From assembly GCA_043228905.1 (NCBI GenBank), contig JBHGNT010000004.1:5704001-5768000 (forward strand): 64,000 bases of DNA. The letters are read 5' to 3'. The first letter of the stretch is position 1, and every line of letters begins with the position of its first letter. Shown here piece by piece: positions 60,901-64,000 of the stretch. The notes under the pieces were generated by a model. That model searched no databases. It saw nothing but the letters and a program-made list of their open reading frames with translations, and was not told the origin of the DNA. The translations under genes were made by a program, and so were the position numbers. The DNA comes from Azolla caroliniana. Its lineage: Eukaryota; Plantae; Polypodiophyta.

Positions 60901-63900
60901 TATTAGGGAAAAACTGGTGACTTCGGATGGGATGGAGAACCAACTAGATTAGGCGGAAGTCAATCGACTGAAGAGCCAGATGATAGTCGGCTTGTCCGAA
61001 TCGGAATTCGGATATTGCACAAGGAGGTGGATCGTCAGGAGCCAACTAATCACTGACTAGGTAAAGATAAGCTGAATCAGTCAATAGCAAACTCGCCGAC
61101 AATTGATCGATAATCGACTCGGGGCTATATTTGTGAATAGCCTTAATGTGTCTATTGTGGGCTATATTTGTAAATAGTCATATATGTATATGGGTATAAA
61201 TATAGCTAGGGCAAAAGTGTTAAAATGTAGAAGTGAGATTACCAGTGGGTAATCATATACGTATGTAAAGAGTTGATTAAGTGTGCAAAGGGTGTGAGTT
61301 TGTAGTCGTTTGTAAGACGAAGTCGAGCTCAAGGTCGTTGACTTAGAGTTTCTTGTACTCTCTTAATATAGTAATTATGTTTGGGGTCAGTGGGCTCCCG
61401 TGTTTTTTTTCCCTTTCTGGGTTTTCCATGATAATATATTGTCTCGTTTTTTTGTGCCTTGCCTATGTTTGATGGTTGTTGTTTTGGTTATTATCTTCTC
61501 TCATTTGTACTTGTGAACTGGTTGTGGCCGGCCTTATTTATAACAAACTGGTATTAGAGTGATGGATGAATCTCTTGGTGGGATGTTCAAGCTAACTAGC
61601 TCCAACTACTTAGTCTAGAAGTCGAAGATAAGAGATATGCTCGTTTGCAAAGATCTAGATGGCTACCGATGCAGTATGGTGAAGAGAAACCATACAAGAT
61701 CAATGCATCGACGTGGGAAGTCATGCATCTGAAGACAATGGCATACAAAAGGTGTTTTATAGACACGAGTCTACACAACAACTTCAATGAAAAGACAAAA
61801 GCTGATGTCCTATGGAAGAAGATCGCGTTGATGTTCGAGAACAAGAATGCCATAAACAGATCACCGTCTTCAAGAAGACTATGAGACTGAGATATCAGGA
61901 TGGCTCAAGCATGGTTGAGCACCTGAATGCCTTCCAAGGACTGATAAATCAAACTACCTCTCTAGAAGTAACCTTGGCCGACGACGTATTGGCATTGACG
62001 TTGCTAGGATCCATTCCGGACAACTAGGAAACACTCGTGGTGACCTTGGGTAACACGGACCACAAGGTAAGTTGAGTTTTTTTTTTTTATAAGAGAAGAC
62101 AATTGTCGATTGGGAGATAGAGAAGATAGGGTCGGCCTCCCAATCAACCGGCTATCGACTTTACTCAACCGATTCAAGCTGAGTCGATAGTTGGCCGAAT
62201 CAAACATCAGTTGATCCGACCAAATTCGGATATGAACCAGTTGACTGAGTAGATAGGTGGCAAAATCAAAAGCCGACCAAGGAACACTAGGGGGTCAACC
62301 GAGACAAGATCTCCTATAGACACACAAGGAGAGCCGGTCCGAAGAAGACAGTCGGCCGAACGAGGATCCAAAACCAATTCGGATGAAGAGCCAACTAAAG
62401 AGGTCGAACAGGAGTTGATTGCTTCAAATGGAGGCTGGAGATACCCTTTGAGAGACAAAAGGCCCCCCGAAGATTTCCGGGTAGAGAATATGTATTGTTA
62501 ACCGATGAGGGGGAGCCAGAAACCTTCGTGGAAACTAAGAGAGATGCCCATGGGAAAGAGTGGTTACATGCCATGCAAGATGATATGATTTCCTTGCATG
62601 AGAACCACATGTACGAATTGACGGAGTTGCCGAAAGGGAAAATGGCAGCACTCCGGAACAAGTGGGTATATAAACTGAAGCCGGGAGAAGGTGGGAATCC
62701 ACCCATATACAAAGCCCAAATCGTGGTGAAAGGCTTTCAACATAAGAAGGGTGTGGATTTCAACGAAACATTTGCCCCGGTAGTGAAGATGACAACATGG
62801 ACTTCGAAGTTGAACAGTTGGATGTCAAAACTTTCCTATATGGAGATTTGGAGAAGAAATCTACATGTAGCATCCGAAAGGATTTGAAGAGAAAGGTAAG
62901 GAAAACCTGGTACGCCGGTTGAGGAAGAGCTTATAAGGATTGAAGCAAGCACCTCGACAATGATACCAAAAATTCAAATCCTTCATGATGGAACATGCAC
63001 TCCACAAAACACAGGACGATCATTGTGTCTTTGTGAAGAAATATGATGGAGGAGACTTCCTTATCCTCTTGTTGTACGTTGATGACATGTTGATAGTTGG
63101 ACAAGATATGAAAAAGATAGCAAGCTTGAAGAAGGCTTTGGGAAAGTCCTTTGCAATGAAGGACATGGGTCCAGCTAGACAAATTCTCGGTATGCACATT
63201 TTCCGAGAGCAGACGAAGAAGTTGTTATGGTTTTCACAAGACAAATATGTGATGAAGGTGCTCTAGAGGTTCAACATGCAGGACGCGAAGCCAGTCGCCT
63301 CAACATTGCCGACAAACTGCAAGATGAATAGAAATCAATGTCTGAAGACGAAAGCAGAGAAAGTAGAGATGAATAAGATTCCCTTTGCCTCAACAGAAGC
63401 CTGATGTACACAATGGTTTGCACCAGGCCAGACATCGCACATGCAGTCGGAGTCGTCAACCGATTTATGAGTAATCCCGGAAAAGAGCATTGGGCAGCAG
63501 TAAAATGGATATTTTTGTACCTAAAAGGTACCTCTTGTGTGTGTCTCCAATTCGGCTTATGTAATCCCGTGTTGGAAGGGTTCACGGATTATGACATGTC
63601 GGCTGATGTTGATACCAGCCAATCAATGTCCGTATACGTGATGGTGTTTGTAGGGGGAGTCGTTTTGTGGTAGTCGAGGTTATAGAAGACTGTGGCTCTA
63701 TTGACCACAACAACTGAATACATGGTTGCGGTTGAAACCGACAAGGAAATCATCTAGATGAGAGACTTCATCAATGAACTAAGAATAAGGCAAGAGTGTT
63801 TCCTATTGCACCGTGACAATCATAGTGTCATCCACCTTGCCAATAATGTCGCCTACCACTCGAGAACTAAGCACATCCAGTGGAGATATCACTAGCTTAG

Positions 63901-64000
63901 AGACGGTACAAGAAAGGGACTTTACTCTGGTGAAGGTCCATACGAATTACAACGGATAGGACATGCTGACAAAGGTGTTGTTGTCACGGATGAACAATTG
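60901..64000 (+). mobile_element. Degraded Ty1/Copia element (Tork/Tnt1-like), internally deleted, runs off the right edge
   Basis: 5' LTR ~60901-61545 (TATTA[=TGTTA]...TAACA); PBS TGGTATTAGAG 61549-61559; gag MDESLGGMFKLTSSNY..KSKIRDMLVCKDL; protease and most of integrase missing near 62080; RT (NKWVYKLK, ETFAPVVKMT, LLLYVDDML, CTRPDIAHAV) and RNase H (TKHIQWRYH). Confidence 0.92.

Noticed and set aside
1-64000. CRISPR arrays, rRNA genes, prokaryotic operons
   Set aside because: Eukaryotic spliced genes throughout; repeats are contiguous duplications without spacers.

Overview
Land-plant nuclear genomic DNA; a non-seed vascular plant such as a fern is a weak guess. Four intron-rich genes lie in tandem on the minus strand, and their exons were assembled by hand: a KEA4/5/6-type K+ efflux antiporter (3' end runs off the left edge), a GTG/COLD1 (GPR89) membrane protein (468 aa), a UBP6/USP14 deubiquitinase (477 aa), and a two-RRM RBPMS/MEC-8/Scw1-like RNA-binding protein with a clear U12-type intron. 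Around and inside them are retroelements: a non-autonomous Tat-like Gypsy element in a KEA intron, a degraded Copia element with filler DNA and a nested solo LTR, a solo LTR in the GTG gene, a decayed L1 LINE carrying two solo-LTR insertions, and a Tork/Tnt1-like Copia at the right edge. Two observations stand out. (1) In the Tat-like element, the polypurine-tract position is occupied by a copy of a tRNA-Arg 3' end (an inverted PBS) that also base-pairs with the LTR start, suggesting possible tRNA priming of both DNA strands. (2) Two different solo LTRs each contain a tRNA-derived Pol III A/B-box unit pointing away from the LTR TATA box at almost the same distance (181 and 179 bp). No database searches were run; family assignments come from recognised motifs.
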